Shown: piece after piece, positions 12,508 through 27,500 of the stretch
How positions within the stretch are numbered: position 1 is the stretch's first letter
How the letters are laid out: each line of letters begins with the position of its first letter
Source: Tubiluchus corallicola
Taxonomy: Eukaryota > Animalia > Priapulida
Direction: 5' to 3'
NCBI GenBank assembly: GCA_030141605.1
Contig: JAQGDQ010000017.1
Location: 1 to 64,000 of the forward strand
DNA length: 64,000 bases
The notes under the pieces: model-generated
What the model was told of the DNA's origin: nothing
The model's database searches: none
What the model saw: the letters and a program-made list of their open reading frames with translations, nothing else
Program-made: the position numbers and the translations under genes

Positions 12508-15500
12508 TCAAGTCACCAATTCTCGTGGAGGAGGTCTCAGTGGAATTTTGCCAAGGGTAAATTTTTCAGCTTCAAATTGTTCACGTTCTTCATTAGTTAA
12601 TTCACCAAGTGGCGTATACATCTGTGCTACAGAACTTGCAGCACTACTACCTGGAGAATGGATGGAGGTGAAATCTCCTCCAGCTGAACTATCAAAAGGC
12701 TTACTTGTTGTTGTAGAGGAAAGAGCTTGTGATGGGAACAAACTAGGATGATTTGAAGGCTGAGACGAAAACATACTTGGAGTTGACAAAGGAGTTGATA
12801 AACTTTGTGGCTGCGAGTTGCTGAAAAAACTACTTGGCATTTGAGTTTGTCCAAATAAGCTCTTGGAAGAGGGTACAGGTGAAGTGAAAAAGGATTTTCC
12901 ATCTTGCACAGTATTTTGGGAAGAGGTGGCATTGTTTCCACCAAATATGGTGCCAGATGAAGGCTGATGGTGACTGAAAAAAGAATTGTTAGCAGAAGAT
13001 GCACCAAACAAACTTGGCTGAGTAGGTGCAGCACTTGCACCACCGAAAATGCTTTTTGTGGTTGATGACCCTCCAAAAACACTTGATTGCTCCCGATTTT
13101 TGTTCACTGAAGAAAAGACAGAAGCTCCCTCTTTGGCGAATGCACCAAACGTGTTCCCAGAAGTCTGATTGCCAAAGATGGATCTTGAAGAAGGACCTGC
13201 ACAAAAACATAATTACAGTCAAACCTCTTTATGACACCAGCCACACTGTATAATGCCAACATTGCTTAATGCTCGAATTTTTCGCAAAACAAAATATCCA
13301 TATTTGCAAAAACATGAATGTTTTAAAGCACCTCGATATAATGCCAAACTCCCTATAATGCCAACTATGTTTGCAGTCCCAAAGTAGGTGGTATAAAGAG
13401 GTTTGACTGCACCAGACATTAAATTAGCCAAATATGTTTTTTAAAATTTCTGAAGAAAAGAACAACGTATCTCACATGTGACACAATGTGTTGGTATTAC
13501 AGTAAGGAACAAAACTAGACAAAGCAAAACTTAACTCATAAAATGATCTTTTTGCTTTTTGGGTACTGAGAAGAGATGAGAAGGTAATTTAATATGTGCA
13601 TGCAATTACTTAATGTATTATGTGAAAAGCGAAAACTGAAGAATACGTGATCTCGGCATGTACATTCACACACGATACAAGACTTTCTTACCCCAGGGTG
13701 AATTTTGAAACATTGCCAGATTTTTTTAGCAACGAAAACTCCTTTGCAATTTGTTTTAAAATTTTAGAGCATTTCAGATAGGTTATAGTTATGATTAGGC
13801 TTACTTACTTGATTTATAATTTTCCATCTAGGGCAGTCCTTTTCTTGATGGTAGAATATATTTTTCAATAATAATGTAGGTTCGTTAAGAACCCACAATT
13901 TAATGAAAGGAGCAATAATGAAGTATTTCTGAGTTGACAGTAATCAAATTGGAAGGGATGTAAATGTTGCATGTTGGATGTTTTTGAATCAATAAACTAC
14001 TACTTCTAATTACACCACTCTTAGACGTCAAACATAATTATTTGGGCATTATAACAGCAAAGGTGAAAAGGAGAGCACTTACTTGAAATTTTATGAGCTT
14101 GAATTTCTTGAATCTAAAAATAACAAGTGATGCTATATTTATTACCCAAATATAGTGCAAGAAATTATACAGCACTCCAATTTGTTTGCAATGCAGGAAA
14201 TTAAATAAACAGGCCTTCCACAAAAAATTCTGACTAAGCTATACGGTACTATATGGTACAATAAATACACAAAAAACGACAAATGATGAGTTACAATAAA
14301 AACTAGTCAACAATGTTTCTGACATGGTCAGAAACTGAAGATTTTGCCAACAATAGTTGTAAAATTCAGCTTTAAAAATGAAGAGATGGCAGCCTTTTTT
14401 AAAGTGCTTACTTTCTTTTATTGAGTTGCTTGAATACATGGAAAGAGCATTTCACAATGAAACCTCAGCATTTAACTGTTCGGCTCATCACCCACGGGTC
14501 AAAGGTCAACAATCTTGGCATCATTATATCATTATGGCAAACTTATATCATTCAGTTTGTCTCATTGAGACCTTTCATTTGATACACAACAACCTGTTTT
14601 TGATGGACCCTGGAAGGCAGTTATTCTCCTTATTCTGCCCCTCACTGGGTCACAGGTTAACGATTCACGCTGTAACCTATACCATTCTATTCGCCTCATC
14701 AAGGCTTTTCATTTGATATGCTACATGGTACTATTCATAGACACTTGATGCATTTCTATTTCCGATCCCCATTGTTCAGTTTTTGCCCCCCAGCGGGCAG
14801 GCGGATTAGCTATTCTCATTGCAACCTATGCCATTTGATCCACCCCATCGAGACGTTTCATTTGATATGCTACATGGTACTATTTGTAGACACTCGATGC
14901 ATTTCTGTTCCCGACCCCCATTTTTCAGTTTTTGCCTCCCTAGGGGTTGTAGGTTACCAGTCTCACTCTAACCTATGCCATTCGACTCGCCTCAACAAGA
15001 CCTTTCATTTAGTATGCTACAAGGCACCTTTGCTCAATACTCGTGCACTTCAGTTCCCAACCCCCATTTGTCGGTTTTTGCACCCAGCGGGCTCGCAGGT
15101 TAGCTATTCCCGTTGTAACCTTTGCCATTCGACTCACCTCATCGAGACCTTTCATTTGATATGCTACACGGTACTATTCTAAGACACTTGATGCATTTCT
15201 GTTCCCAACCCGAATCTTCTGGTTTTTGTCTCCTAGCGGAAAATTTCCCCCTCTAAATCACCCATATTTTGCCGTACCCAACAACTTGGGCCCACCTAAC
15301 CACATACGAAATATTGTCACCCTAGCTCAAAAACTATGGGAGCAGATGGATCCTAAAGAAAAATAATTGAAGACCCAACCGCACCGTGACCCTTTGACCC
15401 GGCAACTTACGTCAAGTGTATACGTATATAACGTTGGCCAGAGAGTGTACACTGCGAGTTTTGTGTCCCTAGCACTCAGCGTGTAAAAGGTCACAAATTG

Positions 15501-18500
15501 GGGACCCCAAATTTTGCATTTTGGCCCCTCACTCAGGCGTTTGAAGCTTGTCAACTTTTTAAAACCCCAGGTGCACACCTGCCCCACAGTACCCAAATAC
15601 GTGTGGAAAAAAATTGCAAAAAAACGAAAGCCCTAGGAGGAGTTGAATTCTAAAGGAAAAACTGGCCAATGCCCACTGTCCTTTCCCCCTTGACCAGTGG
15701 TCAGCGATTGCTATACAATTGTACATGCCCTGCCCAGGGCTACCAACCCTGTAAGTTTGGTGATCCTAGCTTGCAAAACTTAGGAGTTATTCGCAATACC
15801 AAAATATTAATTAATAATAACTCAATGAAAAACAGTAAGATTTTGCTATAGCAAAATCTTAATTAGATCAAGCAGTTCACAGTACAAGAAAAAGTTTGCT
15901 TATTTGTTAAAGCAAACTAAAAAAAATAATAAAACCACTGAAACAATTTATGTTATAATTATGGTCTCAACAAATAGTCAACTAATTTAAATTTCATACA
16001 GTTGAGACCGCTTAAACAAATAAATAATACATGGCTTCTATATGCCATAAAATTTCCTTTATAATGGTAATAACTGCCAGTTGATTTTCAGAGATTGTCA
16101 TCTTCATTTTCAGCACTAAATTTGATATTAATTTAACCAAAATAAGCATTAGATTAGAAGACGTTCTCTTACAGATGATGTGGTAACATAATTGTTTAAC
16201 AGGTCTCAATGGAATTCAGAAGCCAGTGCAGTTTCAACTGCTGCACTTGGCTATTTTAGTTTTTTCAGCACCAAGATAGTGATCATACTTTTTCAAGCAA
16301 TAATAGTAAAAAAGCCATTAAAATCAATACCTCAATACAGCCAAAAGCAAAGAATAATTTGAAATTGATGCATACCAATTTTTGCTTGAAACTGGGGTCA
16401 GCAGATGGATTAATCAGTTTTGCAATCTTTTCCTTCCAAATCTGAATAGTCTGCATTACTTCTTGCTCCTACATGAACATCATCCATAAATGAACTTAGT
16501 TACATTTTTGAGTCGGAGTTCACATTGCGAAGGCACCAAATATTAAGAAAATTTCAAAATAACTTCATGAACTAAGCAAATGGCTTGCTTAACAGTCTTG
16601 GATTGAAAACAGCATGTAGACTACAAAATAAGACAAATCTTTGCCACAGAAGGTGCACAAAATAAAATGATCATGACTTATATGACTTCATTAACATAAA
16701 ATTGGATGTAGACCTATTCAAACAATTATCAGCCATTTTGGCAGTCTCAGCATGAAACTGTATCACCTCACTTAATGAAAACAACACCATGATTAAATGT
16801 AACTTGTTGAAAATATTTAAGATAACCTACAAAATGTTTACTAATTGTTTATTAGTTGTAAAAAAATGGTCAAGATTCATTTATGTACCTGATTTACTGC
16901 AAAAATTGTGCATTACATTTATTTATTACAATTTAAATTCGGTTGAATTTTTTGGCAGTCCCAGTATAATAATATACTTGCTTACATAGTGCAAACTTTT
17001 TCCATTGCTCATAGATTCATATGCAAATTGTCTGAGCTCTTCTGGCGAAACATCATCAAAACCTAGGAAGCAAAACACCAGAGCTTTACATAAATTTTTG
17101 TTTTCTATACATGAAACTTGCCTTTAAAAGCTTAAAAACTAAACCTGCAAATGCTGTACAAGCAGAGTCTCTAAAAGTGTAAATGGCTCATTATTTTTAA
17201 GTAGCAAGAGCACAAGGGTTCTCATCGTGAGCCTTCTCTATGTCACATCCGGTCATGCTCAAGTTTTCAATACAAAAAAAATGCAAAAAAGAATGATCGA
17301 GTATGGTGTATGCTATGATCAGCAACAGCCTCAACCCACAATCGTTATTTATTACTTACCATCTAGACATGGACCATCTTTTAAATAACCGTAACACGAC
17401 AACTGCCACATTTTACTTTCTAACCACACTCTGGCTTCCAGTGATATAAGTTCCCTAAATTTTAAAATAACTGCTGAGTAAACCCATAAAACAAGCAGCA
17501 TAGTTCAAAAATGTGTGATCATGGTGCTGGTACTCATAGTTGACTTCAGGTTATTTTAGATATGAAGTGCGGTAATATATATAACTAGGTATAACTAGAT
17601 CAGTGGTTCCCAAGTAGGGGTAAATTACCCCCCGGGGGTAATATGGTTTTTTTGGGGGGTAACGGGCACCCCTCTGAAATTTTTTAAAACTTCGCTCGGA
17701 ATGCATTTTACGTAGTTTTCTTCTTGAAGAGACTGCCTCCGGCAGGCAACACTGTGTCATGGGGTCCATCATTCCCACGACCAATAAATAAGTTTGCTTG
17801 CTTGTGGCATATACGTGCGTTTACTTTTTGAGTTGGAGATGTAGTACTAGGTGGGGGGTAATGGACACGACCGGGTTTCCCGATTTGGGTAACGGTCCGA
17901 GAAGGTTTGGGAACCACTGAACTAGATATATAGCAATGATCAGTCAAGATAAAAAACACTTTAATATGAATATCTTCAATGTTTCTCTTTATTTTAAAAA
18001 AATTGTTTTAGATATTCATATTACAGTGCTCTTTTTAAGATTCAAAAAGAAATGTGTGTGTGTGTTAGTTTTCAAGTTTTCAAGTGTATTATATTTACTA
18101 CAAGTGAATATAAATAATCCTGGGAAATGTGTGAAAAAAACAGACATATGGCAAAGTAACTAATAATATCTACTAACAAATTAGACTGAGGAGATCTTGG
18201 CATTGCATTTCCGCCGCTTTTCGCAAATGTCGCAGTCATAAGAATATGAATGCAAAGTCTACAACTTACAATGCAATTTTTTTCAGAAACATAACTTAGA
18301 TGTTTCAGCAAATGCTTTATTGCACCAATGTAACTAAAATAGGTTTGGACACTGACCATTGCAGTCAGCTCAACAATAAAGTCTTTGCGATGACAAGTGT
18401 GAATGACTTTTCTTCAGTTCAGTGCTGCAGCACTGCCAAACACCACTGTTACAGGTAGACTGGAGAAACGGCCTGGCTTTTGCTTGGATAATTCCGCATT

Positions 18501-21500
18501 TTAGGTACAGAAATGTCAAGTACCATTTTTTAAGCTACCATTAAGAATCTCTTAATTGTGCCTAGCTGTAGAGTCAACCTCAAAACTTCTTGGATGGCGT
18601 GGGAAACGTAATACCTTATTTGTCATAGGCAAATGTAATAGCTCACCAGTGTAAATACACCTTAAGAATTTTATGTTAATTCCCTAATTAGGCTTACAAA
18701 TAGGCTCACATAATTTCCTGCACAGACGAGTCTTTGTTAACTACACTAAGCTTTTTTGACTGTTCATGTTGCTGCTGTGGTTGAGCTTCCAAACCCTAAA
18801 GAAACAAACTAGAAAGATAATAAGCGCAGATGTGCATGTTTGAACATATTGTTTTAAAACACATAATTTCATGAAGGTATTCACTAAAGTATTTGAACGC
18901 AAAATGATGCAAATTCATTTTAGTATTTTAAAAATTTATATTTTATTTCATTCTATACAAACTGAAATTCCGCTATAGTGTGTCCTAAAATGACACTATC
19001 GCTAAGGACGAATTTCAATTTCTTTGCAACTGTAGATCAGTCTCTAAAACAGAAGCTTCTATCTATCCGCAGAAAGAAAATAAAATTTTTTGGCTTTTTG
19101 TTTATAGGTACATGCATGATTTCAAAACATCTATCACAATGTATCACAAATGTTGCCACATACCCATGAGCTTACAAGTTACCTTAAAAACACTTAGTAA
19201 TATAAAAGAAGTTTCACAGAGTGACAGAACTAAAACAATTCACATGCTAAGCTGAACAAGCCTGCCCAGAAAATAGACCCCCATTTCAAAGTATAAATGC
19301 ATCCAATGTACCGTGACTAATATGATTGATTCTTGTCTACATAAACATAGTAGCAGTTCAAATAACATTACAAAATACCCAAGAACTTATAAGAATTGCT
19401 GGCTAATAATATATTTAGGGTAAGCTTGATAGTGGTTAGCAGACAAGGTCTATGTAGGCAATACATGGCACTATATGCCTGCCATGAACAGTAAGAACTC
19501 CACTGAAAAGGTCACACATAACTAGTTGATTGCACATTGAAAAAGTAGTGCTAAAATATTACTGGTTTTATACAGATTTTTACGACCACATGGAAAACAT
19601 CACATGACCAAATATAAAACTATTAATAATTATGTGAACAATTTTCAGGGAGCACAGGTCTAACAATTAACATTTTTCTTTGGGCAGTTAAAGCACAACT
19701 ATTTCATAGCTCATGGGTCAAATTTATATTTTGTTATCATCTTAGTAAAGGGGTGGCAAACTAGACAAACTTTTTGTCTTTTCGCTGCCCGTTTCTTTTG
19801 GCTGCTGTGCCAGCTGTCACTGCTATGTTGTTATGCAACTGAGGCAAATAAATTACTCTGTATTCTATATTCAGTACCCTAGGTTAGGTTCCAATTTCTT
19901 TTTATTTGTAAAGTGAACTGATACCCTGAAAAGTTTACATACAAACAATGAAATATTAGAACTTCCGTTAACTTGGTGCTTGACACAGAAATAAGGCACT
20001 AACTGCACTCTGAAGACAGGTTTATCAACTGTGACATAAAATGGCAGAGAAACTGCATCTTCGAAATTTAATTCTGTTTCTCTTATTTTTTGCGTTGTGT
20101 TTAAATGTTTTTGTTCCTCGGAAAATTTACTATGGTATCATTGGTAAGTTTGCTAAATAATTCTTTTGTTATTATTATGAAAGATTCTAACCATAGGCTA
20201 GGCTAACAAAGTCAATGCCGTTCAGCCTTTTTAAAGCTAACACTGTAATTTTACAATGTTGTAAGAAAAGAGTAAGTCACTAGCACATTTACACGTTTAT
20301 CAGTCCAACGGCAAACATAAAATTGGTAAAATGTGCAATCAGCTAATTTACCATTAGACGGTTTAGATTTTCTTGACACAGCCCAAAAAAACAAAAATTG
20401 AATGGCAAAGGCATCAAGTTTCTATTAAATAACTGCAGAAATGTGTAAGTGCCAGCCACGCTGGCTCTGCTCCTACTCCAGTGGCACTGTGTAATAGTTG
20501 ATGATGGATAAGAAAAATTTTTTGTCAGATTTTGTTGATGCTTCTATTCTTGTTGTTGTTTCTGCTGTTAACGTGTCTTGTATTGTTACAGGTAAGAGAT
20601 ATGATTCTGTACCATTATTTTCACCTACTAAAATCTCATGGCAAATGACAAAAACAGAAGAAGAAGGCAAAAGGCGACTTCTCCAAACACAGAAATACTG
20701 CAAAGAACTTAAACAAAAAGAAGAATTAGAACTCATCTCCAAAAAAACTTTGTCTCAATTATTTGTCGACGACGTACATAAAGTACTGTGGTGTGCTATA
20801 CCAAAGGTTGCAACTACTAATTGGAAAAAGCTTTTGCTGGCCTTGTACATTTCTTCTCAACAAAATGGAAGCAGTTCAACTGATATACAACAGGCAATGG
20901 AATTCATAAAAGGAAAAGCAACATCACTTGTTCGCAGAGGCACTTACATTTACCGATTAAAAACAGTGGGTAATGTGAAAAAAAGGAACAGAAAACTAAA
21001 GGATTACAAAAAGTTTTTCTTTGTTCGACATCCATTTACAAGACTGCTGTCTGCTTATCGCAATAAATTGGCAATGATTGGCATGGTTCATCCCGAAGAA
21101 GATAAACATAGTCGTATTAGCAAGCTCATTCACAAAACATATTCTTCTGGATATGACGACAAAGAAAAGAACTCTTATGCAACCTTTTCTGAATTTTTAA
21201 CTTACTTGTTGGATGACAAAAAACCATTAGCATCACCAAACAACGATTTATTACAGGTTTACAAACATAACATCCACTGGGACAGTTTCTTCAGTCTTTG
21301 CGATCCTTGTCGTATTCATTACGACTTTATAGGAAAATTAGAAAACATTGAAATAGAATCAGCATATATATTAGATCAGCTGTTTCACGTTTCAATTTCG
21401 AACTCATTCGGTTTGATGCCCAGTACTAAAGCAAGCGCAAATCAATCAAAAACCAGTTTTGAGATAACAAAAATGTTTTATTCAAATGTTTCACAGTCGT

Positions 21501-24500
21501 TAATTGACCGTATATATGAGATGTATAAACTGGATTTTCTTGCGTTTAATTATGCACCCCCTTCAGACTATTTTAGATGAGTTGTAAATTGATATCTTTT
21601 CAGCAGTGGTGGATCTGTAGTTTTGGGACCCCAAAGCTTGAATTGTTGGGAGACCTTCGCAATCAGTAATAATGCAGCAGCATCCAACAAGATCCATAGA
21701 GCTTTGCTGCCCTTATAAGTATCGTGTATTGCCCAATGTGTGAGCAATGGGGTTGAAACTTTGAAAGCAAGCCCTTACCTCTATGGGTAATCACTATTAT
21801 CTTATTAAATAAGATTCGGATGAATCAAAGACTTCTATAACCAGATGCATTCACTTCTATCCAATTATTTCTTCTTTGAGCTTATTTTGATGTGCATTAA
21901 CTAAAGCTTAGCGTTATATTTTAAGGTAACGCAACTTTTAACATTTATGAAAAGGTGGACTTCTCTCATTTTAGTCAAGAGTTAAGAGTTATAAAATCAT
22001 CAAGAGCTATAAAATCTACATACAAAATGGAATGTTGGAATAAAACATTCAAAAACCATTGTCAGTATAATTTTATATCTCAGATACTTGTGAGAAGAAA
22101 AACGACATGATACGATTTTGTCAAAAATTTCACTTATCAAAAAATTGCTCCTAGAATCCCTTCAGGTTTACGGGATCTGAAAATTAAGCTTCGGTAGTTT
22201 CAAGGTTGATCAACCACTGCTTTTTAGAGCCTCACGAGATTGGTGGATGGGTTTTGTGATACCTGAACTGAAATTGCTATTGATTTTTATATCATTTATC
22301 TGATCATTTATACTAGAAAATGTGCAGAATTAACATACCTATATAACAACAATGATGTAGTGTTGATAATTTTGCTCCATTTTTATGTTTGTGTGGCTTT
22401 AATAAAAATAACCAAAATGGAAAACTAGGTTTGTTAAATTATCATTAGGCACTTTTGCAGGGCCGGTTCTACCACTAGGCAAACTAGGCAGTGACCTAGG
22501 GCGCCAATTTTCAGGTGTGCTAAATTCTGGAAGTAAGTGATTTCCTAAGATTACATCACTTCACATAGACATTACTGACACATTGACTTGCTTTTGCCTG
22601 CAGTGTCTGTATAAGTGCTTATAGAGTGATCCTTAAGTTAATAAAAAAAACAACCGTTTGACCGTTGAGGAGGGCGCTTGCTAAGAATACTTTTGCCTAG
22701 GCAGTCAAGCCGGCTGTACACTTTTGACATGCCTTTTAAACATGCTTTGCTTTTCAGAAACGATAAGGAGACTTCATTTTATTGAAGAAACTTGATTGTG
22801 GAGGGAAGTTTCGTACTACCACACTAAAAATTTCAGAAAAAATACTTGTACGCACTTAAGCACATCACAAACAATTATGCAACATGTCGGCAGGCCAAGC
22901 ATTTTTTGAGGATAACAGATGCCATTGTGGTAATGACTAGTAAAAAGTAAGAAAAAAGCTAATCACTGCAGATAGCTACTAGAGCATGAACATACGACAA
23001 TATGTTATTAGTTTTACTGAAAACAACAAACAGTTATTTGCTACATGTGCATGCACAATTGCGCATATATGCAAGGTTTGTGACTGCTTCACTTTTAAAG
23101 GTACAACTACTACATACAAAACTGAGGTGATTTCTACTTCCACAAGCACCCACTTTCCTTTAAAACTTTTTAATGTTTTAGATTCAATCCATTTCTTGTG
23201 CTGAGAAACAAATGTTTGCAAGTACTGCACAATTTAAGGTACCTTTTCATGTATTTCTTGAACAAGGAATTTGTGGCATTTTGTTTGTTTTTGCATATCT
23301 ATATGGAAAAAACATGACAATGAAAATGCTTTTCTTGTTACCAGTAATTTATTTTATGAAAATCAATGTAGGTGTTGCTTTTTGGTTTACAGAAAAAACT
23401 AAAGAAATATAATATGCCTTCCAAAGCTACATTACTAGCATACCATAACTATGCACCACTTATCAGATGTTTTAGCATCGAGAATGAGAAAACAGGACAG
23501 GAACATTTAGTAGCACATAATTTGAAATTAAGGCAAGTTTCATATTCATTATTTGCAAAGGCAAAGCTTTTTTACAACTGTAACATAATAACACTACTTT
23601 GGTTCCTTGTAGAAAGCAGACCATAAACAAGATCATATAACTAATCTGAGAAATGTATATTAGACCTTACAAACTTTAAAGAAGTGGCAAAAGTAAAATA
23701 TGATAGATGTCAAAGTATAGTTCAGACACTGCTGTTAACCAAACCATATTCAAAAACTGGCGAAAAGCTTTCTACTGGCAAAAATAAAAGATAAATTAAT
23801 TTCGGCGTTACGTCATTGGTATCTCTAGCGCATTTAACAATGCATGCGCATATGCGGAAAAGCACAAATAAAATGCTATTGTATCAGAATTTTTCTCGCT
23901 GAATTTATACCGATTATACCATATTGCGCATCAAAGATGGCAAAAATAATCTTGGAATATATAATCAGAGGCACTCAATAAACTGGCACTGTGCAAATAA
24001 ACTATGAGATCTGCTTAAGAAAAGATAAGATAAAATTTATTCTGCCTTGTGGTAATCATACATCACTGATTTCTCTTGGCTATCAGTGGTCGCTGATTGC
24101 ATGTGCAAATTACGAAAATGTTGTCCTGTTTACATAAGTTATGTTTTATATGATTCACATTTTGCATAAGAGAACGAAACATTGAAAGTGCATTCATAAA
24201 AAAGATTGAAGTGAGCATGAATTGGCGAGCGATGTGGTGTTCTATTAGTGTGTTCCAGTATCAACAATAATATATAAACACAGTATATATATATATATAT
24301 ATATATACATTAAATCTTTATTTGCCTGATAAAACGGATAAATACAATAAAATCATTGCAAATTCATCATTCAGTGATAAGGATTAAAAAACCAACACTG
24401 CTTAATGGCAAATGTGTCTGGTGCAAATTATACTGATTCCCCAAAGTACAAGTTAAAATGTTAAAATTATAAGTACATGTAAAGTTAAAAAGCAACACAC

Positions 24501-27500
24501 AAGCATTCACCACCAGAACTATTATACAATATTAGATCATATGAAATAATCAAAAATACTATGCACAGTTAGCACACAGTCATCTAAATAAATTTTACAG
24601 AGACTAACTGTAAAATTTAACATGTGTATCAAAATAATAATTAAACGAAATTTTAGATTGGCATTAAACACAGATGAATGAAAAGAATTATATTATTTAT
24701 TAAATCTGTAATTCAGATGATAGACTATTGGGGCATGGGAAAATGAAAAATGAGTCTGAATTAATATTATCATTTTGGTACAGTGGGTATTCTAATCTGT
24801 CGTTAGTATGTTTCTTCGCTAATTTTTTAAACAATGTCAACGAAACAGCCTGTTTGATTTCTAAAGGGAGAGCATTCCAAAGACATACAGCTTATTTGGT
24901 AAACACATTATGGCCATATTTTTGAGTGAATTGTGGTATGTTGGTGTTATCAATGTATTTGAATATAAATAGAAGGGTGAAACAGTCTCAGTGAGATTCT
25001 AAGATGGGAATTTTCAGTGACTGTCTTAATTCGGTAGCCAAGTGCATGTTAGTCTTTGATGATTTGTGTGAATAGTGTGATTATATAATATATATCAGAT
25101 ATAGTTCTGCAATGTATTTAGTTTTACAAAATTCTCTCTTTTTACTCTTTTTTTGGAAAAGATGACATCCGTAAAGATATTGTGGAAAGATCAGAGTTTT
25201 ATAGACTAAAATTTTGGTGCTCTTAGTTAATTGACCATAATGTGGCGAGTACTGCCGAAAATCAAATCTGTGATCTAAACGTAAGCTGCTAGCCACAACA
25301 TTTTGGATTATACTTGCACAGCAGTTAAAGGCGATAACAAACTTTTCTGGCTAAACTTCATGAAAACATTATTTAGCTGAGGTTTGGAATTACTGAGCAA
25401 ATTTTGAGCATTTCTGCAATGATAATAACTGTTTTAGTGAAACTACTGTAACCCATAAAAATATTTCAGAAAAAGCCATACTAACTTATTTTAAGCCTAC
25501 AATGTCTCAAGTACGCTAAAATTAGCAGATGCACAGCATGTGGCCTTTGTGCAAAAGAATGAACTGATTGTAATTTAAGTGGTTCCATGTCAACTACTGA
25601 AATACAGAGCAAAGGAACAGCAGTTGGTTTCAGTTTTCTTTTCCTTTGGAACCTCAAATTAAGTTCAACAGCATGCCCAGTATGGCGAGGCTGAAAACAT
25701 ACTCTGTAATACTGCATCAGTGTCCAGTTCATTTCTCATCAATCACACCACAGAACTTACTGTTCTTTTACAATTTTTTTCCTTTAGAAAATGTGTAACT
25801 GACCAATCTGTCAGAAGCACAGAGAGCCTGCACAAGGAGGCAACATGTCAGTGATGCATTTAAACAACAAAAATGATTAGAAAAAATAAAAACTAAACAT
25901 GCTGTAATAATAAAGTGGTGCAGCACGAGATACCAGGGACATCACGTTAAAACTTTTGCACACTGCACCTTGTCACCAACATTTTTTTAACTATCGCATA
26001 CACTGCACTGAAATTCGTGTGGACAGAGCTATCAATTGAGTTTAACATTAAAAATGCTTTCAGTGCTGCTTTAAAGATACTATTATTATACAGATACCAT
26101 TGTGCCAATATAGACTAAGCTTTATTACCTACAGATATCAACAAATTTCCATGATATTTTTGTGATAAATTTTTTCTTGATGTCTGGCATGTGTCACTAA
26201 AATTCCTATTGTACCTGTAGAATAAGATCTTCTGAGATTGTGGATTTATGTGGTGAATGGCAAATGCAAATTTTATAGCATCGTGAGGCACACAAGCTAA
26301 CTCCCTGTATACATGAATAGTATTGAGTCTTGTAGCACCAATCTCTTCTGCCAATACTCCAGTTACATATGCATCCTCCATTGGGAAAATTTTTGTCTTC
26401 AATGACTGATCATATAAGCGCAGTGGAAGATCCATAGACATCACATATCCTACACCTTGTAGGTATGGTGGGTAATGGCTCTGATTATACTCATTTACTG
26501 ACACATACCACTTGTTTCCTTTTGCTCTAATTACTGGCACCTTTGACGTTAATTTTCCAAATATTGTGTTTTTCTGAGGGCTGTGCTGAAGGTAATTCAA
26601 TATCTGGTGAATATTTACCCATGTATCAGTGTCTGTTTTCATGAGAAACTTGCAGTTTTCACAAATCTTGGTGGCTGCATGAAGCACCATGAGAGTTTTT
26701 AAAGTTAAGTTTCTATAGCTGTCAGAAAAATTTCCAATTATTAAATCTTTGTGTTCTACCATCTCTTGAAATACTCGTGCATTAAGAAAAATGCTATGAG
26801 AGTCAGCTACAGCAAAAACCAGACCAACACCTGTGTGGTTACGTGCGACAGAGCCCCATGTGTTTCTGATTATAAACCTTTCTTTGAAGAAACCTGGTGT
26901 TGACAATACAGCTACCATAAGTATGCTTTGGTTGCTGAAATCTCCACTATACCTAGTGTAAGTGTAGGAATAGTTAAAACCATCTGCAATAAATGTTGAC
27001 ACAATTCTTCTGTGTGATGTATACTCTTTTGCAGGATCCATAGTACTTTCAACAGTAAAGTGTCGCTTTGATCTGTACAACAAAATAGCATTAGTGACAT
27101 TGAAAACATTAGCTTTCAATGTTTCGTTCCTTAAGCAAAATGTGAATCATATAAAACACAACTTATGTAAGCAACACATTTTCTTAATTTGCACATACAA
27201 TTGAGATTAATCAGTGACCACTGATAGCCAAAAGAAATTAGTTATGTATAATTACCACAAAGCAGAACCTGTTTTTCTTTCCTTATTTAGAATGCATGTA
27301 AGTATTCATAAAATTATAAAGTTTTTCAAATTTTGTATAACAAGAACAATATCTGTTTCAAAAACAACCCACCATACAATAAATTTTAGTAAATTTTTAT
27401 TAGAAAAATTAAACGATATTGTTAATAGAATGAATAAAACTACCAACAATCTTAAGTACGGGGAAAATCTTCTTAAAATGAAACACCTAGGCAGTTCCAA

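Noticed and set aside
12548-13253. Several overlapping ORFs across the NUP42 last exon
   Set aside because: Alternate-frame or antisense shadows of the FG-repeat exon.
14378-15182. His/Cys-rich repetitive ORFs suggesting a zinc-binding protein, and a CRISPR-like periodicity
   Set aside because: They are translations of the ~147-bp tandem repeat. Whole units repeat without unique spacers, in a eukaryotic intron.
27306-27500. Hydrophobic ORF resembling an alternative signal-anchor exon for the GT31 gene
   Set aside because: It starts at TTG with no in-frame ATG and no clear phase-2 donor; exon 28140-27980 already fits.
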